A DNA stretch of 64,000 nucleotides, from NCBI RefSeq assembly GCF_036406195.1, contig NZ_DASWVW010000033.1, positions 224,111 to 288,110 of the forward strand, given 5' to 3'. Within the stretch, counting starts at the first letter, position 1, and each line of letters starts with the position of its first letter. Under the pieces are notes generated by a model. It was given only the letters and a program-made list of their open reading frames with translations, was not told the DNA's origin and did no database searches. This document shows, in pieces, positions 49,553 to 61,719 of the stretch. The translations under genes were made by a program, and so were the position numbers. This DNA comes from Steroidobacter sp. GTDB taxonomy: Bacteria > Pseudomonadota > Gammaproteobacteria > Steroidobacterales > Steroidobacteraceae.

Positions 49553-50155
49553 ATGCTCCGATCCGTGCTCTACGGCGTGCGCTATCGATTCGTATCGTGG
49601 CGGCGCAGGCTGTCGCTGTACTGGCTCCTGCGCGACAAAGGGGATTTCACGTTCTTTGTCTTGCTCAGCTTGCCGTTCGTAGCGGTGGGCCTCATCGTTT
49701 ATTTCGCGTATGCGGCTCGAAGCACCATCGACGGCTCGCGCATCGACGCCGCTCGCGCGCGAACCCGCGACATTCGCTGCCTGGCCGAGAATATCTATTT
49801 CGAGGCGCGTGGCGAACCGCTGCGGGGCCAATATGCCGTCGCCGAAGTCACGATGAATCGACTGGCATCGCCGCTCTTTCCCAACACCGTCTGCGATGTC
49901 GTGCACGACACTCGCTGGGACACTTCACGCAAACGCCTTGTCGCGCACTTCTCGTGGACGGCATTCAAACTGCGGCTGGAGTCAGGCAGCCCGGAGTGGA
50001 AACAGGCGATGGATATCGCCACGGTGGTCTATGACGGCCAGCACCAGCCGCTGGTGCCTGGCGCATTGTTCTATCACGCCACTTACGTCAACCCATACTG
50101 GGCCAGCAGCAAGCGTGTGGTAGCCAGGATCGGCAAGCACATCTTCTATCGCTGA
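49553..50155 (+). CDS. SleB-type cell wall hydrolase (Hydrolase_2) with TM anchor
   Basis: NIYFEARGE, FSWT, ALFYHA and IGKHIFY motifs. Confidence 0.88.
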   Translation: MLRSVLYGVRYRFVSWRRRLSLYWLLRDKGDFTFFVLLSLPFVAVGLIVYFAYAARSTIDGSRIDAARARTRDIRCLAENIYFEARGEPLRGQYAVAEVTMNRLASPLFPNTVCDVVHDTRWDTSRKRLVAHFSWTAFKLRLESGSPEWKQAMDIATVVYDGQHQPLVPGALFYHATYVNPYWASSKRVVARIGKHIFYR

Positions 50156-50281
50156 GCCGGTCGAGGCATGGAATCCGCCGAACGCGGCCGGTACGCGCTC
50201 GAGTATCGGACATTCCGCCGGCAGGATGTGGCCGTGGGCGGTACATTTGCAGGAATAATCGTAACGAGTTACGCTTATTCA

Positions 50282-50752
50282 ATGGCGAGAAGGCCCATCA
50301 AGCGATCTCGTGGACGACCGTCAACTGGATCGGCCATCCCCGCTGCCGAGCGTATGCGCCGGCTGCGCGAACGGCGCAAGGCTGCAGGACTGAAACCTGT
50401 CGTCGCCTGGGTGCCCAGTGAAGCCGAGACGGCACCCACCTACTCCTCACATCGGCTCCTCGAGGCTCGGAGCCTGGCCATGCATGCCGTCATTGCCAGA
50501 AAAATCGAGCGCGATCCAACACTGCTGCAGATCGCTCACAAGAACGTACAGCGGTGGGCCGCACAGCGAGGATCGGATACACCGGCATGGCTGACGGAGT
50601 GGCGCGAGATACTCGGCCAGCCGTGGCGAAGAATCGCCGCCCTCATCACCGAGCCCAGCGAAAACGGCGCACGCCTGAGGCAATCCTCACCTTTCGCTGG
50701 AGTTCTCACGCAACAGGAACGATGGCGCATCTATGAAGCGTTCCGAGCTTGA
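50282..50752 (+). CDS. Putative antitoxin or DNA-binding protein
   Basis: RGRP, ERMRRLRERRKAAGLKPV (DUF3018-like) and LRQSSPFAGVL; overlaps the next gene. Confidence 0.7.
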   Translation: MARRPIKRSRGRPSTGSAIPAAERMRRLRERRKAAGLKPVVAWVPSEAETAPTYSSHRLLEARSLAMHAVIARKIERDPTLLQIAHKNVQRWAAQRGSDTPAWLTEWREILGQPWRRIAALITEPSENGARLRQSSPFAGVLTQQERWRIYEAFRA

Positions 50753-51269
50753 GCACTTGATCCGGGCGGCCGGATCGATCGCCAATGACGCCGAAATCGT
50801 CGTCATCGGCAGCCAGTCCATTCTCGGGCAGTTTCCCAACGCACCTGCCGCGCTACTCGTTTCCGCCGAAGCCGATTTGTTTCCCAAGAACCACCCGCAG
50901 CTCTCGGATCTCATTGACTGCAGCATTGGAGAAGGTTCGCCGTTTCATGAACTGTACGGCTACTACGCCCAGGGAGTGGATGAAAGCACGGCAACTTTGC
51001 CGAGTGGCTGGCGTAAGAGGCTGGTGAAGATCAGCAATCCAAATACAGTCGGTGTCACCGGACTTTGTCTGGAGGTTCATGACCTCGCGATCTCAAAATA
51101 TGTCGCAGGCCGCGACAAGGACCGGGAGTTCACCAGGGAACTGGTGAAGCACGGAATGGTTCAGCGCGATACGCTGCTGAGCCGTGAGCGGGAGACGGAA
51201 CTATCTCCACAAGTACGTAAACTGGTGAAGGCTCGCATCGAGCGTGACTTCAAGGAGCACACCGGGTAA
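50733..51269 (+). CDS. Putative nucleotidyltransferase (DUF6036-like)
   Basis: VIGSQS...EAD and HDLAISK...GRDKD motifs. Confidence 0.75.
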   Translation: MKRSELEHLIRAAGSIANDAEIVVIGSQSILGQFPNAPAALLVSAEADLFPKNHPQLSDLIDCSIGEGSPFHELYGYYAQGVDESTATLPSGWRKRLVKISNPNTVGVTGLCLEVHDLAISKYVAGRDKDREFTRELVKHGMVQRDTLLSRERETELSPQVRKLVKARIERDFKEHTG

Positions 51270-51273
51270 CCGC

Positions 51274-51852
51274 TTATCCATCACCTTGGGTGCCGTGCCC
51301 GGGGTTGCTGCGGAAGCGGCGCACGGCGCGTTGGAAGAACAGGCTGTTGGGAATCTGCAAGGTGTGACCGGGTTGTCCGTCTCCGGGACCTTCTTCCTGC
51401 AGCGTGGTGTAGATCAGGTTGATGTCCATCACGCGGCCCTTCAGGCCGGGCTTCTCGCCGTTCTCCAGCACTTCGATCTGCTCATAGAGACGGAACGGGC
51501 GAGTGGCGAAGATGAGCACCGAACAGAAGATGTTCGACAGCACGCTCCAGACGGCGAAGAACGCCACCGCGGCTACAGCGGCGAAACCGGTGAACGCCGC
51601 CCACAGCACCCCTGCGGACACGCCCAATCGCTCCAGCACCAGCAACGCCGCGGCGCCGTAGATCAAGAACGCACTGACGCGCCGCGCGCCGGTCGTCATC
51701 TCGGGCGGCACATTGTGCTGGCCAAGTCGACGGATCACCCGCCGAGCCAACCGTTGCAATAGCCACGCGGCGATGACGATCAGCACGATCTGGACCGCAG
51801 GCAAGGCTAGCTCCAGCCAGTCCCGGCTCCACTCCGGCCATAGCTCACTCAT
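51274..51852 (-). CDS. Small MscS family channel
   Basis: Three TMs; RPFRLYEQIE and QIPNSLFF motifs. Confidence 0.83.
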   Translation of the reverse strand: MSELWPEWSRDWLELALPAVQIVLIVIAAWLLQRLARRVIRRLGQHNVPPEMTTGARRVSAFLIYGAAALLVLERLGVSAGVLWAAFTGFAAVAAVAFFAVWSVLSNIFCSVLIFATRPFRLYEQIEVLENGEKPGLKGRVMDINLIYTTLQEEGPGDGQPGHTLQIPNSLFFQRAVRRFRSNPGHGTQGDG

Positions 51853-52294
51853 CGATGCACGATACCTTGATTGCCTGTGAGATCTGTTTCGGCGTACGCC
51901 GGAACACCCATAAAAGAGTCGCACAGGATACGACAGCGCGATGGCTGCTGCATCCACGAAAGGATCTGATGCGATGGGCAGACACGGCATCGATCACGAG
52001 TGCTGGCGATGATCGCGTACTTGGCCACCTTGACCGCTGCAATCGTCGTCGTGGGGATGGGGTTATTACAGCCCAGCGAGCGGGAGGCCCAGAAACCGCC
52101 CGTGCTGATCGATTCACAAGTGCAGTGATGGGGACATTGCCGATGCTGGGAACGTCCCCCAGCAGCGTCGGGCAGGAACTGGCGCGCCCGACGAGGTGGG
52201 AATGAGGATGACATTGCGCCCGACCGCATCGTTGGCGCCGGCGAAGCTGGCTTGGGAGGCGGCCTCGATCAAGCCGAAGAAGTGCAGCTCGGTG

Positions 52295-53587
52295 TCATGG
52301 ATGAGGAGCTCGATGAGCTGGCTCGACAGCGGCCACGAAAGACCTGACGTGTGCGCCGATAGCGGCACTCACGTCTGCACCGCTCGGTTGCTGGAACACG
52401 CGCAAGCCGAACTCTGGAAGGATCGCGTACAGGTGATCGAACACATCCGCTTGGATGCTTTCGTACTCAACCCACGCGGTCGATGAGGTAAAGCAGTAGA
52501 TCTCCAGCGGCAGTCCGGTCGGCCCGGGCTGCAGCTGACGAACCAGCATGATCATCTGCTGGTGAATTTGCGGATGCGCCTGAAGGTAGGCCTGCACATA
52601 GGCGCGGAAGGTGCCGATGTTTGTTACGCGACGCGTATTCACCGGATCTTTGCCTTCGGCAGCCAGCTTCTCGTTGTACTCTTCCAGTTCCGCGCGCTTG
52701 CGATCGAGATAACCGTCGATCAACGCGAACCGGCGCAAGCGCTCGCGCTCTTCCGGCGTCAGAAATCGCACCGACGTCTGATCGAGATAGATTGCGCGCT
52801 TGATGCGCCGTCCACCCGATTCAAACATGCCACGCCAATTCTTGAAGCTCTCGCTGATCAACCGCCACGTCGGGATGGTGGTGATGGTCTTGTCCCAGTT
52901 CTGGACCTTGACGGTGTGCAGCGAGATATCGATCGCAAAGCCGTCCGCGTTGAGCTGCGGCATCTCGATCCAATCCCCGACGCGTAGCATGTCGTGCGTG
53001 GACAGCTGGATGCTCGCGACCAGCGACAGCAGCGTATCCTTGAACACCAACAGCAACACCGCCGTCATGGCACCGAGGCCGGACAACAGCAGCAGCGGAT
53101 CGCGATTGAACAGCGTGGCGATGATCAGGATCGTCGCAACCAGATACAGAATGATCTTGACGAGCTGCAGATAGCCTTTGATGGGCCGCGCCATCGCACG
53201 CTCTGGATCTCGCTGCTCGTACACCTGACCCAATGCGTTCAGCAGATTGCCAATCGCCAATGCGATCGTCAGGACCACATAAGCGTTGGCGATACCCCGC
53301 ACGACGGGCACGACCATCGGCGGCAGGCCAGATACAAACGTGATGCCGTAATAGACGGTAAGCGCCGGCACGACCTGTGCGATTCGCCCTATGACACCCT
53401 TGCCAAGCAGTGACTCATCCCATTGAGTCAAGGCCACGCGCGCAGCACGAGCAAGTGCGCGAGCCAGCAGGTGCCTCGCAAGCACATTGACCAACCAAAC
53501 CAGCAGCAGCAGCGCCGTCAGCTGCAGCGTCGTAATCGCCCAGGGATAGGGTTCGAGCGTGGTAAACAGATGAGAAAAATAAGACAT
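52295..53587 (-). CDS. MscS family channel (YbdG-like)
   Basis: VGDWIEMP, KVQNWDKT and GGRRIKR motifs. Confidence 0.9.
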   Translation of the reverse strand: MSYFSHLFTTLEPYPWAITTLQLTALLLLVWLVNVLARHLLARALARAARVALTQWDESLLGKGVIGRIAQVVPALTVYYGITFVSGLPPMVVPVVRGIANAYVVLTIALAIGNLLNALGQVYEQRDPERAMARPIKGYLQLVKIILYLVATILIIATLFNRDPLLLLSGLGAMTAVLLLVFKDTLLSLVASIQLSTHDMLRVGDWIEMPQLNADGFAIDISLHTVKVQNWDKTITTIPTWRLISESFKNWRGMFESGGRRIKRAIYLDQTSVRFLTPEERERLRRFALIDGYLDRKRAELEEYNEKLAAEGKDPVNTRRVTNIGTFRAYVQAYLQAHPQIHQQMIMLVRQLQPGPTGLPLEIYCFTSSTAWVEYESIQADVFDHLYAILPEFGLRVFQQPSGADVSAAIGAHVRSFVAAVEPAHRAPHP

Positions 53588-53597
53588 GGACTCGATA

Positions 53598-54320
53598 TCA
53601 GATCACCTGCCGCAGAGACGACAGTGCTTTCAAGCGATCCCGCACCTGCGGATCGTTACACAAAACAACGCAGCCACGTTTTGCCCCGGTCTCCTCCGCC
53701 GCACGCAGCGACGGATAAAACCGATACATGTCGGTGCGCCCCAAACGATCCAGATACTCGGCATTGAGCGCGGCTCCCGGACCGTAATCGTCATACGCAT
53801 AGGTATCATCAGGCACGGCGAAATCATCAATCATGATCACCGCCTGCTGCCAGTTCGCGAAGATGGTCGTGATCTCCTCGGCGAGCGGCAGATCGGCGTT
53901 CCAGTGAGCGTCGAGATAGAAGAAGACGTTGTTCTTCGGCATCGACGCATCCGCCGCGAGGCGATTCAGGAAAGAGCGACTGTCGCCCAACGTAAGATGC
54001 ACGCGATCACGCAAGTCGCGAAACCGATAAGCGGCGAAGTGGTGAAAGCGCGGCTCGGCCTCGACCGAATAAACCGGCATTGGGAACTCTGCAAAGAACT
54101 CCGTCGTGGTGCCCCTGAAGGTACCCGTCTCCACGATCGCAGTGGGCGAGAGCGTGGTCAGTATGTCACGGCAGATGCGCACGCGCCCGACCTGTCCGTT
54201 CATGGGGCCGCCCCAACTCGCGCGCCGGTGCGGCTTGAGCCTGTATTCCAGGCGAGCGAATTTCTCCGGGCCGACGGAACGCAAGACAACGGCTTCGAGC
54301 CACTTCGACAGGGCACTCAT
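53598..54320 (-). CDS. Class I SAM methyltransferase-like protein
   Basis: VETGTFRG, GDS, FYLDAH and IDD motifs. Confidence 0.72.
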   Translation of the reverse strand: MSALSKWLEAVVLRSVGPEKFARLEYRLKPHRRASWGGPMNGQVGRVRICRDILTTLSPTAIVETGTFRGTTTEFFAEFPMPVYSVEAEPRFHHFAAYRFRDLRDRVHLTLGDSRSFLNRLAADASMPKNNVFFYLDAHWNADLPLAEEITTIFANWQQAVIMIDDFAVPDDTYAYDDYGPGAALNAEYLDRLGRTDMYRFYPSLRAAEETGAKRGCVVLCNDPQVRDRLKALSSLRQVI

Positions 54321-54568
54321 TGGGTCATAGCTCCTGCAATCTGCCTTGCAATGTAGTTGTTGGCGAGACGACCGCTGCCGATCGCGCTCATGGCGGGCTC
54401 GCACGCACGACCACGCCGGTCAAGGATCGGCAATGATACGACGTATGCTCTTTGACGGGAAAGTGCAGGCCAATTGGCGGACGTGGTGGCCGAAATCGGC
54501 ATCGGCCACCTGCCGGGCGTTCTGCTTTGCTGGATTGCGCCGAGCCCCAGGCTCGGGCCGCGTTTGAC

Positions 54569-55132
54569 CTACAAGCCGATGGTTACCATGAAGGCAGTGG
54601 CGCTGGAGTCGCCGAACTGATAGTCGCCCTGCCTATAGCTGATGCCTAGCGCCACCGCCCTGGAGATCCGCCGCGACACGCTGGCTTCCCAGTAATAGTC
54701 ATACCCTGTGACGACCGAGCGTTGTTCCGGTCCGGGATTGAGGAGCAGGCCTTCCTCGCTTTCCAGCCGCCACCGCGTGCGGCCGACCATGGGCACGAAG
54801 CGCCAACCGTTACCCAGCTCGAATTGATAACCGACAGCAACGAATCGCTGATCGAGACTATAGCTATCGAAGGTGCCGAAGAGATCGTACTCGCCACCAC
54901 CGTCGAGGCCGGCTGCGACAACCACGCCCATGGGAGTGAGATAGCCAATGCCGCAGCCGATACCAACCAGGTCGGCATCCGTGCGACTGCCGTTTACGCC
55001 GGTGTACCCGCGCTTGAGATCGAGGTCGCCAGCAAAACCTCGCGGCGTAATCTGCCATTCATCTTCGGCCGCCCAAGCCGTTTTCAAGCCGAGTGCCGAT
55101 AGCAAAGTCACAGCCAGAAGTGTGGTGCGCAA
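54569..55132 (-). CDS. Outer membrane beta-barrel protein
   Basis: Signal peptide (AWA-A); amphipathic strands with Gly and aromatic residues. Confidence 0.65.
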   Translation of the reverse strand: MRTTLLAVTLLSALGLKTAWAAEDEWQITPRGFAGDLDLKRGYTGVNGSRTDADLVGIGCGIGYLTPMGVVVAAGLDGGGEYDLFGTFDSYSLDQRFVAVGYQFELGNGWRFVPMVGRTRWRLESEEGLLLNPGPEQRSVVTGYDYYWEASVSRRISRAVALGISYRQGDYQFGDSSATAFMVTIGL

Positions 55133-55595
55133 GTGGCCTCCTTGTCAGTGTGCGTCTGGACCTGTTGCAAGGTTAGGGACTCTCACGGCGGTCCGGCAAC
55201 TGCAGACTGCAAAGTGTCACATCCCGGTACTCGAAGGATCGGATTGTGCGACCAGGCGCCCGCGGAAGTAGCGAAAGCATCGAGGAAGCCGCAGGCACCC
55301 TCATCACCTGCTCGAAAAGAATCCCGGCGATGCCGGCGCATTTAGCGCGGCGGTCTGCGAGCGCAATCAGCCGCGCCGGTTGGGCTCGCGAGCTTGCGTG
55401 TGCGGGGGCGCACCCGTGAGCAGTGGAACCAAGGCGCCAGGACGAAACGCCTGGATACCGGAAGACACCACAGCATGACTGCTACTACACTAGAGCCGTC
55501 ACGAAGGCCGGGCACGGCCGGTGTGAGTGGTTCGAGTTTCCCCGGTCGCGGGAGGGAGTTGAGGTCTGGAACAGGCGAGAGGCGCCGCAGGGGCG

Positions 55596-56462
55596 GTGGT
55601 GCGAGAGTATCTGGCCATCACGTGCCAGGAGTTGGGGCTGCGTTCGACTGCGCGTAAGTTGCGGGTGCCTTATCGGCGCCCCCATGCACATCGAGAGGTT
55701 CCTTTAACAGCATCCGGTGCTGCGACCGAAGCACCCACCGTCATCGACGCTCCAGCCATCATCGAAACAACATCGGAGCGGCTGCTGCAATTCTCAGGCG
55801 ATGCGCTCCAGAGTCGCATGCGAATCGACGATCCTTATGCGCTGGTCGCGCCCTACACCCGCCAGATGATGTCGTTCCTGCTTTTCGACCCCGACCCCGA
55901 ACATGTATTGCTGATCGGCTTGGGCGGCGGTTCGATGGCGAAGTTCTGCTATCGATACCTGCCGAACGCACGCATCACCGTCGTCGAAGTGGACGAGCGG
56001 GTCATTGCCATGCGTGATGCGTTCTTCGTACCGCCGGACGATTACCGCTTTCGCGTCGTGCATGACGACGGCGCGCGCTATGTCACACAGTGCGAACGAC
56101 CAGTAAGCGCCGTTCTCATCGATGCGTTCGATCAGAGCGGAGTGGCACCCTCACTTGCGACCGTGACGTTCTTCGACTCCGTCTCACGCCTGCTCGGCCC
56201 CAAGGGGGTCGCGATCATGAACCTGCACGGAGAGCGGCAGCGCTATGACGATCATCTGCAATGCGCGAAGGCGGCCTTCGGCACTCGAACCCTGCTGGCA
56301 CAAGTCACGGGCAACGAGAACACCTTGTTGTACGCACTGGCGGCGGGTGCCGCCCCACCTTCGGCGAAGCATCTGTGGCTACGTGCGCGTCATTTGCAGG
56401 CAAACATTCCGCTGAACTTCCGGCATTACCTCAAACTGATCCGGGAAGGAAAGTCCTTGTAA
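55596..56462 (+). CDS. Spermidine synthase-like SAM-binding protein (start uncertain)
   Basis: YTRQMM, IGLGGGS, DG and IDAFD motifs. Confidence 0.78.
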   Translation: MVREYLAITCQELGLRSTARKLRVPYRRPHAHREVPLTASGAATEAPTVIDAPAIIETTSERLLQFSGDALQSRMRIDDPYALVAPYTRQMMSFLLFDPDPEHVLLIGLGGGSMAKFCYRYLPNARITVVEVDERVIAMRDAFFVPPDDYRFRVVHDDGARYVTQCERPVSAVLIDAFDQSGVAPSLATVTFFDSVSRLLGPKGVAIMNLHGERQRYDDHLQCAKAAFGTRTLLAQVTGNENTLLYALAAGAAPPSAKHLWLRARHLQANIPLNFRHYLKLIREGKSL

Positions 56463-56848
56463 CGGGACTGCGATCTCGACTTACGGCGCAACGTCGAGAG
56501 CGAATGAGGCGAGCAGCGGGCTACCGAGCGCTCGGGTTTGTGGCAGTGTTTGTTCTATAGGCGCGCAGTACTAACGCGCCAATCGAGCAAGGATCAGTCT
56601 CACGGGCTTACGCCAACAGCGCGCGGGTCGATTGGTTCGACAATCGGCACCTGCTCGAGCCGACCGACGATATCCCGCCGGTGCAATTCGAGCACATGCA
56701 CTATCAACAGCAACAGAGTCTGGCCGCAGCGGCCTGACTCAGAATCGGAGCTCTCCGGAATTCCCGGCGCGGTTCAGTACCGGCTCCGCACTAGCGGCTG
56801 CGGCAGGCAGCTGTCAAAATTGCCGGCTGTTGCTTGAGACGAGCGCGG

Positions 56849-58648
56849 ATGGAATACAGGAAAGACATACAGATACTGCGTGGCGTTGCAGTACTACTCG
56901 TGGTACTCTTTCACTTCGAGGTTGCCGGCTTCGAAAGCGGGTTTCTGGGCGTAGACGTCTTCTTCGTCATCAGCGGTTATCTGATGGCAAAGCTGTACGA
57001 CCCCTCGCAGAAGCTGGACTTCTTCGTCAAGCGCGCCAAGCGGCTCCTTCCAGCGTATTTCGCGGTCGTTGCAGTTACGACGCTAGTCGCAGCAGCACGG
57101 ACCATCCCGAGCGACTACTTCCAGGTCGCCACACAGGCGCGCTTCGCCGCTTTCTTTGCGTCCAACATCGGCTTCTGGCTGGAGAATTCCTATTTCGATA
57201 AAGCGGCGTTTCTGCCGTTGCTGCATCTCTGGTCGCTCGGGGTCGAAATACAGTTCTATCTGCTGATTCCCGCTCTCGTCTGGATGTTCGGTAAGTGGCG
57301 CGTCGCGTACCCGACGCTGCTGGTCGCTTCCGCGCTCTTGTGCTTCCTAGTGGTGGGCATCTCGCCCAAGACATCGTTCTTCTGGCTTCCTGCGCGCCTG
57401 TGGGAGTTTCTCATCGGCTTCGGCGTCGCCAGGTACGCAGTGAATAGATGGTCATTGAAGCACCAAGCTTCGCAATGGTTGGGACTGCTGTGTTTGGCGC
57501 TCGTGTTCGCGCTTGCGCTCGTAAATATCGATGCTGACCGGCCCGGGTTCGTCAAAGGTCATCCTGGCCTGCTTGCGCTTCTCAGCACCCTCGCCACCGC
57601 GGCGGTCCTGACGCTGGGAATTCCGCGACGAGTTGAAGCCACTTCCGTTGCAACCGCTCTGGAGAAAATGGGCAGCTATTCGTACTCGATCTATCTGGCG
57701 CACTTTCCGATCATCGTGCTGTCTCTCTATCGGCCGTTCGGTGGCACGGTGCTCGAGACCAAGAGCATCGCGCACACCGCCATCATCGCTATTGTGGTCG
57801 CTGGCGCGTCTGTGCTCTTGTACAGATTTGTCGAGCAGCCGTTTCGACGCCGTGCACAGGGTCTGCGCTGGATCGTCGCTCCTGCGGTCGTCGTCATAGG
57901 TCTCAGCTTTCTCGGCACGCTGGCCCAACAACAGTTCATTCCCACGCGAGACATGCTGATCTATCAGGCGTGGTTCGATCGCAGCGAGTTTCGCTGCGGC
58001 AAGTTGAGGCGCGTCCTGCATCCGACCGCGATTTCCTGCGAGATCACCAAACCCATCGCGGCTCCTGCGCATCGCGTGTTGCTCGTTGGGAACAGTTACG
58101 CAGATTCAATCAAGACGACGTTCGCCTCCACTGCCGAACGACGGAATGTATCGGTGCATTTCCTGGTCAATAACCGGCCACTCGTGGCGGGGGGCCTCGC
58201 ACCATCGCAGGTGATCGGGGAAGCCGAAGCGCGACAGGTTGACGCAATCGTCATGCACTTCTCGCTGCTCGGAACCGATCTAGACCAGATTGGCCGGCTG
58301 GTACAGCTCGCCAGGCAAAGAAACATCAGTGTTTCCTTTCTCCTGCCGCCCCCGACCTGGAACGACCATGTGCCATTGATGCTGTGGAAGAATCGCAATG
58401 GACTGTCGCCGCTGCCCCATCAAGATTTGCACGACTATGCTAGAGTCAACGCGGATCTGATCGCGAAGCTCTCGAAGATCGACTATGAGAAGTTTGTAGT
58501 CTATGGAACCGCGGAAGCCTTCTGTAATCGGGATTGCCGACTGGTCTCGGCGAGCGGAAAGCCCTACTACTTCGACGGCGGTCACTTGACGCTGACTGGA
58601 AGCGAGGCACTAAGGGAGGTCTTCGAGCACGTGATCGATGACCTCTGA
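56849..58648 (+). CDS. Acyltransferase-3 fused to SGNH domain (OafA-like O-acetyltransferase)
   Basis: LRGVAV, GVDVFFVISG and HLWSLGVEIQFY motifs; GNSYA and DGGH. Confidence 0.9.
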   Translation: MEYRKDIQILRGVAVLLVVLFHFEVAGFESGFLGVDVFFVISGYLMAKLYDPSQKLDFFVKRAKRLLPAYFAVVAVTTLVAAARTIPSDYFQVATQARFAAFFASNIGFWLENSYFDKAAFLPLLHLWSLGVEIQFYLLIPALVWMFGKWRVAYPTLLVASALLCFLVVGISPKTSFFWLPARLWEFLIGFGVARYAVNRWSLKHQASQWLGLLCLALVFALALVNIDADRPGFVKGHPGLLALLSTLATAAVLTLGIPRRVEATSVATALEKMGSYSYSIYLAHFPIIVLSLYRPFGGTVLETKSIAHTAIIAIVVAGASVLLYRFVEQPFRRRAQGLRWIVAPAVVVIGLSFLGTLAQQQFIPTRDMLIYQAWFDRSEFRCGKLRRVLHPTAISCEITKPIAAPAHRVLLVGNSYADSIKTTFASTAERRNVSVHFLVNNRPLVAGGLAPSQVIGEAEARQVDAIVMHFSLLGTDLDQIGRLVQLARQRNISVSFLLPPPTWNDHVPLMLWKNRNGLSPLPHQDLHDYARVNADLIAKLSKIDYEKFVVYGTAEAFCNRDCRLVSASGKPYYFDGGHLTLTGSEALREVFEHVIDDL

Positions 58649-58724
58649 GCTTCATCGGACGATGAGTCGCCCAGCGCGCCATCCCGACGACTGATCGTCT
58701 CGACCCACAACCGTGGTTGTCACG

Positions 58725-59360
58725 TCAAACATCTAACGTGACTCCGCACCCACCGATGCCACAATACCCATCCGGATTCTTCGCCAGATACTGCTGGTGA
58801 TAATCCTCGGCATAATAAAACTCCGGTGCCTCCAGCACCTCGGTCGTAATCTTCCCATACCCCGCCTGAGTCAACCGCGCCTGATACGCCTGCAAGCTCT
58901 TCTCCGCCGCGGCCCTCTGCTCGGCGTCGTACACATAGATGCCGGACCGGTACTGCGTGCCGATGTCGTTGCCCTGGCGCATACCCTGGGTTGGATCGTG
59001 AGATTCCCAGAACGTTTTCAGCAATGTTTCATAGCTGACCTTGACCGGGTCGTACACGACGCGAACGACTTCGTTGTGTCCGGTGTAGCCTGAACACACT
59101 TCTTCATAGGTTGGGTTCGGAGTGGTGCCGGCGGCGTAGCCGACGGCGGTGCTGTACACGCCGGGGAGTTGCCAGAACTTGCGCTCGGCGCCCCAGAAGC
59201 AGCCGAGGCCGAAGAGGGCGAGCTTCAGGCCGGCGGGGAACGGCGGCACGATGCGGTTGCCGTTCACGAAGTGCTTCTCTGGGACGACCAATGGAGTGGC
59301 GCGGCCGGGGAGAATGTCGGCGGGGCCGGGCATGACGGCCTTCTTGCGGAACGAGTACAT
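58725..59360 (-). CDS. msrA: Peptide methionine sulfoxide reductase A
   Basis: GCFWGAE and [11 protein letters not shown] motifs. Confidence 0.96.
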   Translation of the reverse strand: MYSFRKKAVMPGPADILPGRATPLVVPEKHFVNGNRIVPPFPAGLKLALFGLGCFWGAERKFWQLPGVYSTAVGYAAGTTPNPTYEEVCSGYTGHNEVVRVVYDPVKVSYETLLKTFWESHDPTQGMRQGNDIGTQYRSGIYVYDAEQRAAAEKSLQAYQARLTQAGYGKITTEVLEAPEFYYAEDYHQQYLAKNPDGYCGIGGCGVTLDV

Positions 59361-59512
59361 GGGGCACCTCGAGCGAACGGGATTTCGCTATGTTGCATTG
59401 GAACCGAGGAGCCGTATAGATGCGGCTCCGGATTCACAAAACAAGGATGCCCATGCCGGCGGCCGATGCCGGAGATGAGGCCTGGCGACGCGCAACGTCG
59501 CCAGATTCACTA

Positions 59513-60937
<1,425 letters not shown>

Positions 60938-61011
60938 TTAGGAAGCATCCAACCGCGAGCAGGCGCTTGGGGCGCGGCACGCCGTCGATTCGGCCGTGCC
61001 GCTGCAGGGTT

Positions 61012-61557
61012 TTACTGATCCTTCGAGGCTGGCATACCCTGAGATGACGCAGGCAGCCGGGCGATCATCTGTACTTCGACCAGGCCTCGCGACGCCAGCA
61101 AACCATTGGTGCCGATCGCTGTCCAAGCCGGATAGGGTGCTTTGATGTAGTCCGCCGCGACCTCGTAGAAGGCATCCCAATGCTGATCGCGCGTGCCGGT
61201 AAAGTTCGGACTGTCCCAGACGTGGAAGCTGTTGACCATGACCACGTCGCCGAAATCGGCGCCGGAGGCCGTCAGGCTCGCCTTCAGCCGCTCGAAGCCG
61301 CGGCGCACCTGGGCTTTGAAGGCCGCGACATCACTGCCCTCATTCTCCCGGCGCCCGATGACGACGCCGGAGAGATAAAGCATATTGTCGACGCGACGGA
61401 CCGCGGCATATCGATATTCGTCGTAGCCTTGTTTCTCTGCCTCCGAGGCCAGTATTACGGCACCGTTCGGCGCTGGAATCACGACGGGCCAGTGTGATTC
61501 AGCGGAATGGGCGGCAGTAGCCACGAACATTGTCATTGCGACGGCAGCTCGAAACAT
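61012..61557 (-). CDS. Rid/YjgF family protein with signal peptide
   Basis: LYLSG, YPAWTAIG and VEVQ motifs; MFRAAVAMTMFVATAAHS signal. Confidence 0.8.
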   Translation of the reverse strand: MFRAAVAMTMFVATAAHSAESHWPVVIPAPNGAVILASEAEKQGYDEYRYAAVRRVDNMLYLSGVVIGRRENEGSDVAAFKAQVRRGFERLKASLTASGADFGDVVMVNSFHVWDSPNFTGTRDQHWDAFYEVAADYIKAPYPAWTAIGTNGLLASRGLVEVQMIARLPASSQGMPASKDQ

Positions 61558-61719
61558 GGGGGATCTCCTGTGCATTGTGGGTGGACCAGTCAAGTCTTAT
61601 CGATATATGGGCCTTCGCAGCCTGCCCGCATGAGGACCCACGCCACGCGTGGTTCATTGCAGCGTTCCCACTGCGTTCGTCGCGCGCAGCGAACGGTTCG
61701 TCTCACCGCATTCGCCCTC

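Noticed and set aside
51853-52294. Short ORF-like fragments between the two MscS genes
   Set aside because: No convincing start, SD or family motif.
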